64,000 nucleotides of DNA from Candidatus Fermentibacterota bacterium (GTDB taxonomy: Bacteria; JAFGKV01): positions 405-64,404 of the forward strand of contig JAUXFG010000002.1 in assembly GCA_030620115.1 (NCBI GenBank). Direction: 5' to 3'. Below the pieces are notes generated by a model. The model saw nothing but the letters and a program-made list of their open reading frames with translations. It searched no databases and was not told the DNA's origin. How positions within the stretch are numbered: position 1 is the first letter of the stretch; the number at the start of each line of letters is the position of its first letter. A program made the translations under genes and the position numbers. This document shows positions 28,911-39,166 of this stretch, in pieces.

Positions 28911-29075
28911 GAGTGGGGTGAGGGTACCAGGAAGAAGTCAAGGGAAAAGCTTGAGCTCCGATTTTGGCAATAATCCTCCGTTGCCGATCGATGTCGGTTT
29001 TCGAGAAACGAGTTGTTCAGGACCAGGCTCTCACGACACCAAGTGCTCGAGGACCGACGTAGTCCCGCTGGAAGG
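28911..29075. repeat. repeat family B copy 1 (about 165 bp, intergenic)
   Basis: AGTGGGGTGAGGGTACCAGGAAGAAGTCA...CTCCGATTTTGGCAATAATCCTCCGTTGCCGATCGATGTCGGTTTTCGAGAAACGAG... A second copy at 47041..47200 is about 80% identical; the 5' module also occurs at 43942. Confidence 0.5.
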
Positions 29076-29574
29076 CGGGACGGACCCTGCCTTATGTTGC
29101 CCGACTTTGGCAGTCTGGTTTGACGAGATCTCTTGGTTTGTCCCAGGATCAAGGTACCTTGGAGCCATCTTACTCAATCTGCCCAACACATCATGGGGCA
29201 TGTCCGGATCATCTCCATAGGTCCCCCCACGACCATCGTCTCTTCCATCTCCGACCACAAAACGCCGATGAGAACCACATAACGCCTTGCCTGGCCCACC
29301 ACGGCCCGCGACGCGGCGCAACGCGAAGACGGCCTATCCTGAGCTTGCCGAAGCCGACTCCGTCCAACACATCCTATCCTGAATGCTGCTCCCAAACCGC
29401 TTGCCTCCGTCCGCGAATGTGACATACTTACAGCACTCAGGATAGAACGCTATTCGTTCGGACGTCGGCTTCCGCCGAACAACTCGCTCGAGCGGACACC
29501 CCGGCGCAGCTCAGCTCACGCACATTGGGCGTGCATGAATTGACCCGCTGGAGTCGATGGCATAGGATGATTGC

Positions 29575-29892
29575 ATGGCATTGCTTGGCGATATTCGCGA
29601 CAAGATCGTGCGGAGGCAGTATGAGTTCTCGAAGCACGCGGTGGATCAGACTATCGTGCGTGACATCAGCGTCTCCGAACTGGAGCAGGCGATATCACAC
29701 CGAAGTGAAGTGATAGAGGACTATCCCGAGGACAAATACGGTCCGAGTTGTCTGGTCTTGGGATTCACAGATGCGGGTCGGCCGCTTCATGTTCAGTGTA
29801 GCTATCCGGTACGACCCTTGATCAGGATTATCACGGTGTACGAGCCGGATCCGGAACTCTGGATTGATTTGAGGATTCGGAAGGCGGATTAA
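29575..29892 (+). CDS. DUF4258-domain protein (putative toxin of a two-gene TA-like pair)
   Basis: 105 aa. ...SKHAVDQTIVRDISVSELEQAI...PSCLVLGFTDAGRPLHVQ...ITVYEPDPELW matches DUF4258. Confidence 0.55.
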   Translation: MALLGDIRDKIVRRQYEFSKHAVDQTIVRDISVSELEQAISHRSEVIEDYPEDKYGPSCLVLGFTDAGRPLHVQCSYPVRPLIRIITVYEPDPELWIDLRIRKAD

Positions 29893-29901
29893 CGAGGTGA
29901 C

Positions 29902-30114
29902 ATGATGAGAGAAACGATGATTGAAACTGAAGTAACCTACACACTGGAGCATGAGGGCAAGTTCTACCTCATCAAGCACGTGCCGGCACGGGTGTGTCGG
30001 GAGACCGGGGAGCAGTACTTCGCGCCCGAAACCGTCGAGCGTATTCATGCGGTGATCAAGACCCGGAAAAAGCCCACGAAGGTCATTGAGACCCCCGTGT
30101 ATGAGTATGCATGA
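29902..30114 (+). CDS. YgiT-type zinc-finger-like (MqsA N-domain-like) small protein, putative antitoxin partner
   Basis: 70 aa, 9 nt downstream of the DUF4258 gene. ...KHVPARVCRETGEQYFAPETVERI resembles the YgiT-type finger but lacks the first CxxC. Confidence 0.4.
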   Translation: MMRETMIETEVTYTLEHEGKFYLIKHVPARVCRETGEQYFAPETVERIHAVIKTRKKPTKVIETPVYEYA

Positions 30115-30177
30115 AGAATGTACTATGAGTATAAGGGGACCAATGTATCTCTTACTTCTAGGGTGCCAAGCCTGGTG

Positions 30178-30322
30178 TCTGATCTTTAATGTTTAATATG
30201 CGAGATCCTCGTCTTGGGCTCACATCTTTATTCTCCAGTATTGTCTCGTGATATGCTCTGATATGTCTTGCCATCGATGGCTTTGTTGTTGGTGAAATGG
30301 TGAACTAACCCGGGCTTCTCAC
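30178..30322. repeat. IS-associated repeat A, copy 1 (AT-rich, about 140 bp)
   Basis: GATCTTTAATGTTTAATATGCGAGATCCTCG...GATATGTCTTGCCATCGATGGCTTTGTT...CCCGGGCTTCTCACC. About 80% identical to 39167..39298. Confidence 0.55.
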
Positions 30323-30329
30323 CAGTTTT

Positions 30330-30656
30330 CGACTGCAACCACCGATATAGCCCTGCCTGCTTCGTTACGCTTCCTCGGCCTCCTCGCCGTATCGCAGAGG
30401 ATACGACTGCGTTGTTTTCGGTCGCAAGCCTCGCAGACGCAGCCAACTTCCCCGCTTCGCGACGAAAGCCGGTGAGAAGTGCGGGATAGGAGCAGCTCGC
30501 AGAGATGTCGCTCAGATTGCCGAAAAGAAGCTTGGAATGAGCGCGACGGAAGTGGCACGCCACCTGGGAGTAAGCACTTCCTATATAAGCAGGATAGTAG
30601 CGAAAGGAACAATCAGTCAAACAGCGCAAGAAATCGTCGGGCAGTGGGATTCATAA
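30330..30656 (+). pseudogene. 3' remnant of an IS transposase gene (DnaA-C-like HTH part only)
   Basis: In-frame translation gives ...AARRDVAQIAEKKLGMSATEVARHLGVSTSYISRIVAKG... This is homologous to the C-terminus of the 39655..40352 transposase pseudogene (...EARNDICQLAVKRLGYSGAEVARHLGVTTSCVNRHV...). No N-terminal catalytic part is present. Confidence 0.5.
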
Positions 30657-30867
30657 GTTACATTCGGTACCAACGTCCCCTATATACGTTCGGTACCATC
30701 GTCCCATAGATACGCAGTTTGTGTTATATTTTGAACAGCGATTTGGAGCTCTGCCCGGCTATTGGTCGTTTCAGTGGCGGGCCGAACTTCATCTGCGCCT
30801 GACCCGCAGAACGTCCCCCGGAACCAGCAAGCAGCGGCGAAGGAAGCCGACCAGCTTGAAAGGATAA

Positions 30868-32337
30868 TTGTCCGTGCCCAAGCGAAGGCAAAGACGCATT
30901 GAGGAAGGTCTGATAGATGGGCGCATTTCTCGGTCTATCTGGAAGCTTGCCCTACCCATGATGATAAGTGGCGCTTTACAGAACCTCTTCTCGATTGTGG
31001 ACCTCTATTTCGTGGGCAGACTGGGGCATGTGGAGGTAGCGGCTCTGTCCATAGCGGGTGTTGTCTTGTCCGTTCTCGTGATGTTTGTCATGGGCATAGC
31101 CATCGGCACGACAGCGCTGATTGCCCACTGCACGGGGCAGAAGAACCACGAGCAAGCTGATGAAGTGCTTGGGCAGACACTTCTCCTTGGCGCCATGGCT
31201 TCTGCAATTATGCTTGCCATAGCGCTGTGGGCGGTAGAGCCGCTCCTGGCACTCTTTGGTGCGACGGAAGGTGTGCTCGTATTTGGCGCCGAGTACTTAC
31301 GGATTGTCTTCGGATGGTCAATCGTCATTTTCGCCTTCATGGGAATAAACCAGGCTATCCGGGGCGCCGGGGACGCAAAGACCCCCCTCAAGGCACTTAT
31401 CGTGGCAAACGTGATAAACATCTTCCTTGATCCTATGCTTATTATGGGATACGGCCCTTTCCCGGAGATGGGAGTCGCAGGCTCAGCAGCCGCAACAGTC
31501 TTCAGCAGGGGTGTGGGGGTCATGTTCCTTCTCATCCACATCACAATCGGTCACGCGACAGTCCACCTGAAGCTCCAGAACCTGAAACCAAACCCAGTGA
31601 TATTGAAGAGAATACTCAACATCGGTTCGTTTGCCTCAATACAGGTTCTGATTAGAGAGATATCGTTCCTTCTGCTTATGCGGCTTGTCGCCTCTTACGG
31701 GCCGGTGATTCTTGCCGCATACGGCATAGGCGCTCGCCTGAGAATGATCATTATGGTGCCCGGGTTCGGTTTCGCCAATTCAGCCTCGATTTTGGCCGGC
31801 CAGAACCTGGGCGCCAATCAGCCTGAGCGGGCAGCAAGATCGGTTTGGCAAACAGTTGCATATTACGAATGCATCGCAATTCCGACAGCTGCCGCATACA
31901 TTGTCTTTGCGCCCCACCTCGTGGGTTTCTTCAATGACCATCTCGAGGTGGTCAGGGTTGGCGCCTCATTCCTCAGGTTTCTCGGTGTGAGTTTCCCCTT
32001 CCTTGCCATTTCGCTTGTTCTTGGGCAGGCTATGAACGGTGCGGGTGATACACGCACGCCTACTATCGTCACTGCAATAGGGCAGTTGGTTTTCCGTATT
32101 CCGGTGGCCTACCTGTTGGCCCTGACCGTTGGAATGGGTCCAACCGGAGTATGGCTGGGGATCAACGCCTCTGACGCGGCACAGGGGCTCTTGATGGCGC
32201 TTGTCTTCCGCTCGGGTCGGTGGAAAAGGGCGTACGCAAGACACAAGAGAATCCTTGAAGGCAGGCCTGTTTCGTCCTTCCCTGATTCCGGAACCCCTAG
32301 GCACGTTGGCAAAATGGAAAGCTGCGAGGAATCCTGA
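30868..32337 (+). CDS. MATE family efflux transporter
   Basis: 489 aa, 12 TM segments. N-terminal ...IWKLALPMMISGALQNLFSIVDLYFVGRLG is the MATE (NorM/DinF-like) signature. TTG start with SD AAAGGA. Confidence 0.8.
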   Translation: MSVPKRRQRRIEEGLIDGRISRSIWKLALPMMISGALQNLFSIVDLYFVGRLGHVEVAALSIAGVVLSVLVMFVMGIAIGTTALIAHCTGQKNHEQADEVLGQTLLLGAMASAIMLAIALWAVEPLLALFGATEGVLVFGAEYLRIVFGWSIVIFAFMGINQAIRGAGDAKTPLKALIVANVINIFLDPMLIMGYGPFPEMGVAGSAAATVFSRGVGVMFLLIHITIGHATVHLKLQNLKPNPVILKRILNIGSFASIQVLIREISFLLLMRLVASYGPVILAAYGIGARLRMIIMVPGFGFANSASILAGQNLGANQPERAARSVWQTVAYYECIAIPTAAAYIVFAPHLVGFFNDHLEVVRVGASFLRFLGVSFPFLAISLVLGQAMNGAGDTRTPTIVTAIGQLVFRIPVAYLLALTVGMGPTGVWLGINASDAAQGLLMALVFRSGRWKRAYARHKRILEGRPVSSFPDSGTPRHVGKMESCEES

Positions 32338-32965
32338 GTTGGTATGGTTTGCGGATGAGTATCCGGGGGGATATCCGGGACGTCTATGAAATCAGAACGT
32401 TCGCTTCTCAAGATGAAGATCGCGTTCCTTGACCAACTGCTCTCCGCAGGCGATCGCCTTGCGGATCGCGGAAGATCTTCCACCGATCTATCCCCCGAAA
32501 GATGATATGTGCAATGCACCAGCATCAGGAGCGTCTATCCGTCCAGTTCATGGCCTTATGCCAATGTATGACCCTCTCCAACTCAGAATGACAAGGAATA
32601 ATTTCATGAACGTCCCCTAACCCTTTGCCAGTTCACGCCAGTTGACTTAATCAGATCGAGATATATTTCTCGATCGTCCAACGAAAGATTCTTACACCGA
32701 AAGACCTTGACTCTCTACAGGCAGTAAAAGAACGATTGCTCGCATTCCAAGATCGGTATAAAGAAATAGCCAGACCACTAAGGATCGGAAGTCAGTCTGG
32801 TGGTGTTTCAGCATGGAACCCTAATAGACGGCGTCTCTACTGAACCGTGCTGGAAGGAGATCATCTGAAAGCCTGAGAATCCGCTGTGGGCTCAGAGATG
32901 CGAGTTCACGCGACCGCGTAAGTCGCTCGCCGGATTGTGGAGGAGCGAGGAATTTGGATCATACT

Positions 32966-34159
32966 ATGAGAAAAAAGATTCTTGTTGGCCTCGCGGTGCT
33001 CTTCGCCGTATTGGCGGCCTGGCGCATCATCAGTCATGTCGCCGGCGGCAAAGACAATTCGGGACGCCCCAGGCGCCCTCCGGTCGCTGTGGAGGTTGAC
33101 ACCGTTCGGGTCGGCGAGATCCGCGAAGTGCGGCAGTTCACCGGGACGGTGTTTCCAAAGTACCAGTATGTGGTGGCCCCCAAGGTCTCGGGTCGCCTGA
33201 TCGCCATCCACAAGCGCATCGGCGACGCGGTGATTCGAGGCGAGCTCATCGCGCGGATCGATGACGCAGAGTACCAACAGGGAGTTCTCGAGGCCGAGGC
33301 CGCCCTCAAGATTGCGGAAGCATCGCTCGCCGAGTTCCGCGTTCAGTTCCGACTGGCCAGCCAGGAGAAGACGCGGGTAGAATCGCTGCAGGTCAAGGGT
33401 ATCGCTTCCCCGTCCGAACTAGACGCGGCGGTGGCGAACTATACGGCCCAGGATTCCCGCCTGCAGCTGGCGGAAGCCCAGATCGAGCAGCGAAAGGCTT
33501 CGTTGCAGGTGGCCCGGATTCGCCTGGGCTACACGCGGTTGACTGCTTCGAAACCGGGACTCGTCGGAGAACGTTTCGTGGATGAGGGAGCGCTGCTTGC
33601 CCCCAACGCGGCGGTAGTATCCGTCATTGGCATTGATTCGGTCATCGTTCGCACCACGGTTATCGAGCGTGACTATGCATTCATCAAGACCGCTCAGCCG
33701 GCGGTGGTCAGGGTCGACGCCTTCCCGTCCGAACGCTTCTCGGGCAGCGTGGCTCGCATCGCGCCGATGCTGCAGGAGGCGACTCGCGTTGCGCAGATGG
33801 AAGTCGAGATCGTCAACGATCCCTCGCTGCTCAAGCCCGGAATGTTCGCACGTGTTGAGGTGGTGACTGCAAAGAAGCAGAACGCGCAATACGTGCCGAC
33901 ACGAGCCGTCGTGACCCGGGATGGAGACACGATGGTCTTCGTCGTGGAGGGAGATGAACCGATCACTCGCCAGATGACCATCGTCACGGGGATTACGACT
34001 CTAAAGGACACGGAGATTGTGAGTCCGGTGATCGAGGGTATCGTGGTGACATTGGGGCAACACCTCTTGAACGATGGCAGTCCGGTCCTCCTGCCGCAAC
34101 CATCGAGCGGGGGAATGTCGGCCGAGAAGACAGCTCTTTCGGGGAAAAAGCGGCAATGA
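32966..34159 (+). CDS. RND efflux periplasmic adaptor (membrane fusion protein, HlyD family)
   Basis: N-terminal TM anchor, coiled-coil and beta-barrel/lipoyl regions (...GTVFPKYQYVVAPKVSGRLIAI...). The stop overlaps the RND pump start. Confidence 0.8.
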   Translation: MRKKILVGLAVLFAVLAAWRIISHVAGGKDNSGRPRRPPVAVEVDTVRVGEIREVRQFTGTVFPKYQYVVAPKVSGRLIAIHKRIGDAVIRGELIARIDDAEYQQGVLEAEAALKIAEASLAEFRVQFRLASQEKTRVESLQVKGIASPSELDAAVANYTAQDSRLQLAEAQIEQRKASLQVARIRLGYTRLTASKPGLVGERFVDEGALLAPNAAVVSVIGIDSVIVRTTVIERDYAFIKTAQPAVVRVDAFPSERFSGSVARIAPMLQEATRVAQMEVEIVNDPSLLKPGMFARVEVVTAKKQNAQYVPTRAVVTRDGDTMVFVVEGDEPITRQMTIVTGITTLKDTEIVSPVIEGIVVTLGQHLLNDGSPVLLPQPSSGGMSAEKTALSGKKRQ

Positions 34160-37100
34160 GCATCGCGAACGGATCGGTTCGTCGACCCATCCTGACGAGC
34201 ATTGTTTTCGTGGCAGTGGTCACCTTCGGTGTAGTCTCATTCACCCGCCTGTCTATCGATCTCATGCCGGAGTTCACGTATCCCACCATCTCCGTGGTGA
34301 CCAACTATGGAAACGTGGGGCCAGAAGAGATCGAGGAATCGATCACGATCCCCCTCGAAGAGGCGCTCGCGGCGGTACAGGGTGTCGAGGAGATCACCTC
34401 CACCTCAACCGAGGGCAGGAGCCAGGTTCGCGTCGCCTTGGCGTGGGGGACAGACCTCGACGTCGTAGCCAATGACATCCGCGATCGTATCGACCGAGTA
34501 TTGGGAAAGCTGCCGGAAGACATCTCACGCCCCATGATCCGCAAGTTCGATCTTTCGGCATTCCCGGTCATGTTGCTCAGCGTCTCCAGCGATCTGAATC
34601 CACTCGATCTTCGACGAATCGTGGAAGATCAGGTGAAGTACCGGCTCGAACGAGTACCCGGTGTGGCGGCAGTAGATATTCGCGGCGGCCTCAATCGGGA
34701 AATCCATGTCGATCTGCACGCCGACCAGTTGAAGGCGCTTAGCCTCTCCACCGATGCCATCCTGTCGGTCTTGCGGAATGAGAATCGCAACGTGCCGGCG
34801 GGTCTCTACGAGAAGGGCAACGTAGAGATGCTGGTGCGTACCTTGGGGGAGTTCACCAACCTTGACGAGATCCGCAACACGGTCATCACGACCCGGGGAG
34901 GCGCTCCCATACGCGTCGGGGATGTCGCACAGGTCGAAGATTCCTGGGAAGAGGTTCGCCAACTGGTCCGCATCGATGGGAAGCCGGGGCTCCGCATCTC
35001 CATCAACAAACAATCGGGCGCCAACACGGTGAAGGTGGCGGAAGGTGTTCGCGCGGAGATGCGCAACATCAATCGTGACATCCCGCAGATTCGGCTGCTT
35101 CCGCTGCTCGACACCTCGGTCTACATCAGCCGATCCATCAACAACGTGGGGAATGCCATCCTTCTGGGCGGCGCCCTGGCACTCCTCGCTCTCTTCCTCT
35201 TCCTTCGCAACATCACGAGTACGTTGATCATCGCCACCGCCATTCCAATCTCCATCGTTGCAGCCTTCGGCCTCATGTATTTCGGCGGGTTCACGTTGAA
35301 TATCATCACCTTCGGGGGATTGGCCCTGGGCATCGGCATGCTTGTGGACAGCGCGATCGTGGTGCTGGAGAACATCTACCGGCATCGAGAAGAAGGAATG
35401 CCCCGAATGCAAAGCGCCGTCACGGGCACCGACGAGGTCTGGTCGGCCATTCTGGCGAGTACCTTGACAACGTTGGTGGTATTCTTCCCGGTGGTGTTCA
35501 TCAGAGGGATGTCGGGAATCATGTTCCAGCAGATGGCGTATGTCGTGAGCTTTTCGCTGCTCTGCGCGCTCATCGTGGCTCTCACGCTCGTGCCGGTGCT
35601 CGCCTCGCGCTTTTTGCGCGTCCAGTCATCAGAGGCCCACGAGAATGGGAGCCGCCTCCACCGCATCTACTCCCAAAGCGAGGAGACGTTCCGGCGGGTG
35701 GAACGGCGGTATGCCCGCCTGCTCGGCTGGGCCCTGACGCATAGACGGACGGTCGTGATCCTGGCCTTCTCTCTGTTTGTGGCGTCACTGATCGTAATCC
35801 GCTTCATCGGAGTGGAACTGATGCCCACCACCGATGAGGGGGAAGTACGGATCACTGTCGAGACCGCGGTGGGAAGCCGGCTCGGTATCATTGATCAGGC
35901 CACGCGTGCCGTGGAGGAGATTGTCCGCGCCGAGGTCCCCGAAGCGACGTCGATTCTTGCGAGCATCGGTGGCGGAGGCTTTCGCTCATCAGGCGGGCAT
36001 ATGTCGGAGGTTCGTGTCAGTCTCGTCCCGAGGAATGCGCGTCGGCGCAGCAGCGAACAGACCGCCAACGACCTGCGCAGGTCCCTCGCCGAGTTGCCCG
36101 GCGTGACGGCCCGAACCCGTGCCGGCGGAGGCATTTTCCTCATGCGCATGGGCAGGTCGTCATCGCAGAGTATCGCGATCGAGATCCGTGGCTACGATCT
36201 CGAAACCGCTCATCTGCTCGCAAGCCGTGTCGATCAACTGGTGCAGAGAGTCCCCGGTATTACCGACACGAAGATCAGCCGGGAAGAGGGGAGCCCGGAA
36301 CAGATCTTCCGTATCGACCGTCAGAGAGCTGCCGACCTGGGCGTAGGCGTGTCAGGCATTGGCGAGGCGTTAAAAACCGCTATTGGCGGTACGCAGGCCT
36401 CGTTTTATCGCGAAGGCGGGAAACAGTACCGCATTCTGGCGCGTTTGAGCGAGAGGGATCGCGGAGATCTGAACGAGCTCCTCGACTTGACGGTCATCAA
36501 CAACAGGGGAGAACCGGTCGTGCTTCGCAACGTCGTAGAGACCGTTCAGCGGGAGGGGCCGGTTCGCATCGAGCGCAAAGATCAGGAACGGATCATCACC
36601 GTGGAAGCCAACTTCACGGGCAGAGATATGGGGTCGGTGATCGGTGATATCCGTCGACAGCTCCAGACCGTTCCAGTGCCAAAGGATTTCGTCATCTTCT
36701 TCGGCGGTGACTATGAAGAGCAGCAGGAAGCGTTCAGGGAGCTTCTTCTTGGCCTCTTCTTGGCCATATTCCTGGTCTATTTGGTCATGGCAGGCCAGTT
36801 CGAATCGTTCCGCGATCCCTTGGTCGTCCTCTTCGCCGTTCCAATGGGGCTCGTCGGCGTCGTGCTGACGATGCTGCTGACCGGCACCATCTTCAGCATA
36901 CAGGCGTTCATCGGCTGTATCATCCTGACCGGCATCGTGGTCAACAACGCCATCCTCATAGTTCATCATACGAATCAGCTTCGACGAAGCGAACGGCTGC
37001 CTCTCTTCGAAGCTATCCGCCTCTCGGGAAGCCATCGCCTTCGTCCCATCCTGATGACGACCTCGACCACGACACTCGGGTTGCTTCCCCTCTCCCTAGG

Positions 37101-37254
37101 GCTGGGCGAAGGCGGCGAAGCGCAGGCCCCCCTGGCGCGGGTCGTGATCGGCGGATTGCTCAGCGCAAGCTTGATCACCCTGGTGCTCATCCCGGTCATC
37201 TACTCGGTATTCGAGCAGCGACGCCGCCAAAGAGGCGAGGAAGCTGCGCCATGA
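34156..37254 (+). CDS. RND efflux permease (AcrB/HAE1-like)
   Basis: 1032 aa with 12 TM segments and two large periplasmic loops. Conserved ...GLALGIGMLVDSAIVVLENI... motif. Confidence 0.9.
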   Translation: MSIANGSVRRPILTSIVFVAVVTFGVVSFTRLSIDLMPEFTYPTISVVTNYGNVGPEEIEESITIPLEEALAAVQGVEEITSTSTEGRSQVRVALAWGTDLDVVANDIRDRIDRVLGKLPEDISRPMIRKFDLSAFPVMLLSVSSDLNPLDLRRIVEDQVKYRLERVPGVAAVDIRGGLNREIHVDLHADQLKALSLSTDAILSVLRNENRNVPAGLYEKGNVEMLVRTLGEFTNLDEIRNTVITTRGGAPIRVGDVAQVEDSWEEVRQLVRIDGKPGLRISINKQSGANTVKVAEGVRAEMRNINRDIPQIRLLPLLDTSVYISRSINNVGNAILLGGALALLALFLFLRNITSTLIIATAIPISIVAAFGLMYFGGFTLNIITFGGLALGIGMLVDSAIVVLENIYRHREEGMPRMQSAVTGTDEVWSAILASTLTTLVVFFPVVFIRGMSGIMFQQMAYVVSFSLLCALIVALTLVPVLASRFLRVQSSEAHENGSRLHRIYSQSEETFRRVERRYARLLGWALTHRRTVVILAFSLFVASLIVIRFIGVELMPTTDEGEVRITVETAVGSRLGIIDQATRAVEEIVRAEVPEATSILASIGGGGFRSSGGHMSEVRVSLVPRNARRRSSEQTANDLRRSLAELPGVTARTRAGGGIFLMRMGRSSSQSIAIEIRGYDLETAHLLASRVDQLVQRVPGITDTKISREEGSPEQIFRIDRQRAADLGVGVSGIGEALKTAIGGTQASFYREGGKQYRILARLSERDRGDLNELLDLTVINNRGEPVVLRNVVETVQREGPVRIERKDQERIITVEANFTGRDMGSVIGDIRRQLQTVPVPKDFVIFFGGDYEEQQEAFRELLLGLFLAIFLVYLVMAGQFESFRDPLVVLFAVPMGLVGVVLTMLLTGTIFSIQAFIGCIILTGIVVNNAILIVHHTNQLRRSERLPLFEAIRLSGSHRLRPILMTTSTTTLGLLPLSLGLGEGGEAQAPLARVVIGGLLSASLITLVLIPVIYSVFEQRRRQRGEEAAP

Positions 37255-38810
37255 TTCGTCATGCCAAAACGCGGCGAAGGAAATCTTGCTGCCGAACCGT
37301 ACGGATGCTCCGGGAGGCCTTGTCCTATCTGGCATTTCTCCCTCTCGCGCTTCACGCCTCGGGCATCACGCTCTGCGTTTTGCCCATTCACACGACTGAG
37401 GTATCCGACACCCTCAGGATCGGGGTGCACGAAGCGGTGCTGCTTGCTCTCGAGAACAGCCCGACCGTGGCCATCCAACGCGCTGAGACCGCAATCATGA
37501 AAACGTATGTTCGAGAGGAACACGCGGCATTCGATCCGGTGCTCAGCGTGACCGGGGAGAAGAGCGAGATCACCTCGCGGCGCCGTTTGGGTACGCAGCC
37601 GATGCCTCTTGAGCTGCGGGACGAGCGGTTCGACATGACGGCCGAGCTCACCGCAGACCTCCCGACCGGCGCCTCACTTTCCCTCACCGCGGGGATGACC
37701 GGATCGGTCTCGAACCTTTACACGGATCAGTACACGGGCACCCTCGGGCTTACCGTTACCCAATCCCTCCTGGAGGGTTTCGGCTTCGTGCCGAACTTGG
37801 CCCGTCTCCGCAAAGCCAGGATCGATGCGGAGATGTCCGACGCCGAGCTCAAGGAGGTCGGGCAGGATGTGGCCGCCTCTGTCGAGAAGCGCTACTGGGA
37901 CCTCTATCTCACGCAGGAGGAGAAGGAAATCCAGGGGCGATCGCTGGCATTGGCCGAGCAGCAGCTCGCCGAATCACTGGAGAGAGTCAAGGTTGGCAAG
38001 TTGCCCGAACTGGAGCTGGCATCGGTCGAAGCGGAGGTCGCCGCGCGCCGGGGCGCACTGATCGACGCCCAGAGCCGCCAGCAACAGGCTCGCCTGCAAC
38101 TCCTCTATTTGCTTTCGTTGGACACCGCCTCGTTGTGGTCTATCGTGCCGCTTCTCGCTGACCGGCCCTTCGTGCCTGCGGATACTCTCGATACCATCGC
38201 GGTCCACGAGCGGTTGGGCTTGGACTATCGACCGGATCTCACCTTGGCGCGCCTGGAGCTCGCCAAGGATGAAATCGAGGTCAGCCGCACGAAAAACGGC
38301 CTGCTCCCACGACTCGATGTGTTCATCAGCCTGGGGAAGACGAGCTACGCGGAATCCTTTCAAGACGCCTATCCCGATCCGACCAGCCCCCACAACCAGG
38401 CCACGGCTGGGCTCTCGTTCGAGTTTCCCGTGCCGAATCGGAAAGCATCCGCCAGGCTCTCCCGGGCCTCTCTCTCCCGCGAGCAGCAGGAACTGGCAGT
38501 CAGGAACATGGAACGGCTCGTGCAATTGGACATCCGCTCGACCTACGTAGAAGTCCTCCGCGCACGCCAGCAGATCGAGGCCACTCGCCTCACGAGGGTT
38601 CTACAGGAGAAGAAGCTGGCCGCGGAGCAGGAGAAGTTTCGCGTCGGCAAGTCCACCAATCTGCTGGTGCTTCAAGCGCAGCGCGATCTCGTCGCCAGTC
38701 ATCTCGACGAGGCTCGAGCGATGGCGGCATATCTTGAAGCGCTCATCGATCTGTATGTCGCCGAGGGAACACTCCTCGAACGCCGCGGCATAACTCTGGC
38801 AAGGGGCTGA
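37251..38810 (+). CDS. outer membrane efflux protein (TolC/OprM-like OMF)
   Basis: Two-repeat OEP architecture with long coiled-coil helices. Translationally coupled to the pump gene (overlap). Confidence 0.75.
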   Translation: MIRHAKTRRRKSCCRTVRMLREALSYLAFLPLALHASGITLCVLPIHTTEVSDTLRIGVHEAVLLALENSPTVAIQRAETAIMKTYVREEHAAFDPVLSVTGEKSEITSRRRLGTQPMPLELRDERFDMTAELTADLPTGASLSLTAGMTGSVSNLYTDQYTGTLGLTVTQSLLEGFGFVPNLARLRKARIDAEMSDAELKEVGQDVAASVEKRYWDLYLTQEEKEIQGRSLALAEQQLAESLERVKVGKLPELELASVEAEVAARRGALIDAQSRQQQARLQLLYLLSLDTASLWSIVPLLADRPFVPADTLDTIAVHERLGLDYRPDLTLARLELAKDEIEVSRTKNGLLPRLDVFISLGKTSYAESFQDAYPDPTSPHNQATAGLSFEFPVPNRKASARLSRASLSREQQELAVRNMERLVQLDIRSTYVEVLRARQQIEATRLTRVLQEKKLAAEQEKFRVGKSTNLLVLQAQRDLVASHLDEARAMAAYLEALIDLYVAEGTLLERRGITLARG

Positions 38811-38827
38811 GTTTCCCCGTCAATCGC

Positions 38828-38878
38828 GGCAAATGGGGCAAATGGGGGACGTTGCTGAAATTAGGACTTTCTTGGGGG
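38828..38878. mobile_element. solo terminal inverted repeat of the MITE/IS family
   Basis: GGCAAATGGGGCAAATGGGGGACGTTGCTGAAATTAGGACTTTCTTGGGGG. The same end is found at 43976 and 44984 and, inverted, at 44090 and 45250. Confidence 0.5.
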
Positions 38879-38982
38879 CGGGTTGCATGTTAGATCGGGT
38901 CCATGCCTAGATCATCACGGATAGACGCGCCCGGCGCCCTGCACTCCGCCGGCAGTCGGATCTTCGATATTGGCTCCTGGCG

Positions 38983-39166
38983 AAGTCCGATATATCTTGG
39001 CATCGATGGATTGGGGCTTGTCCAGGAATAACCTTGACTCGGACTTCTCACCAACTATCTGCTGGCAGCGTCGGATCTGGCAGCGCCTGCTTTCCGCCAG
39101 CTGACGGACTTCGTCAGCCTCCTCGATCGGCCGGCTGGCTGCTGGGTCGGGCTGGGTCGGGGTCAA
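38983..39166 (-). mobile_element. repeat C copy: degenerate transposase 3'-end remnant plus repeat-A tail fragment
   Basis: The minus strand encodes ...EEADEVRQLAESRRCQIRRCQQIVGEKSE (HTH-like), homologous to ...SSIRQLAESRQCHIGCCSLKLVRNPG at 53700..53860 and to the copy at 7855..7978. Carries the CTCGGACTTCTCACC motif. Confidence 0.5.

Noticed and set aside
34525-37035. 295-aa and 221-aa minus-strand ORFs
   Set aside because: Antisense within the RND permease gene.
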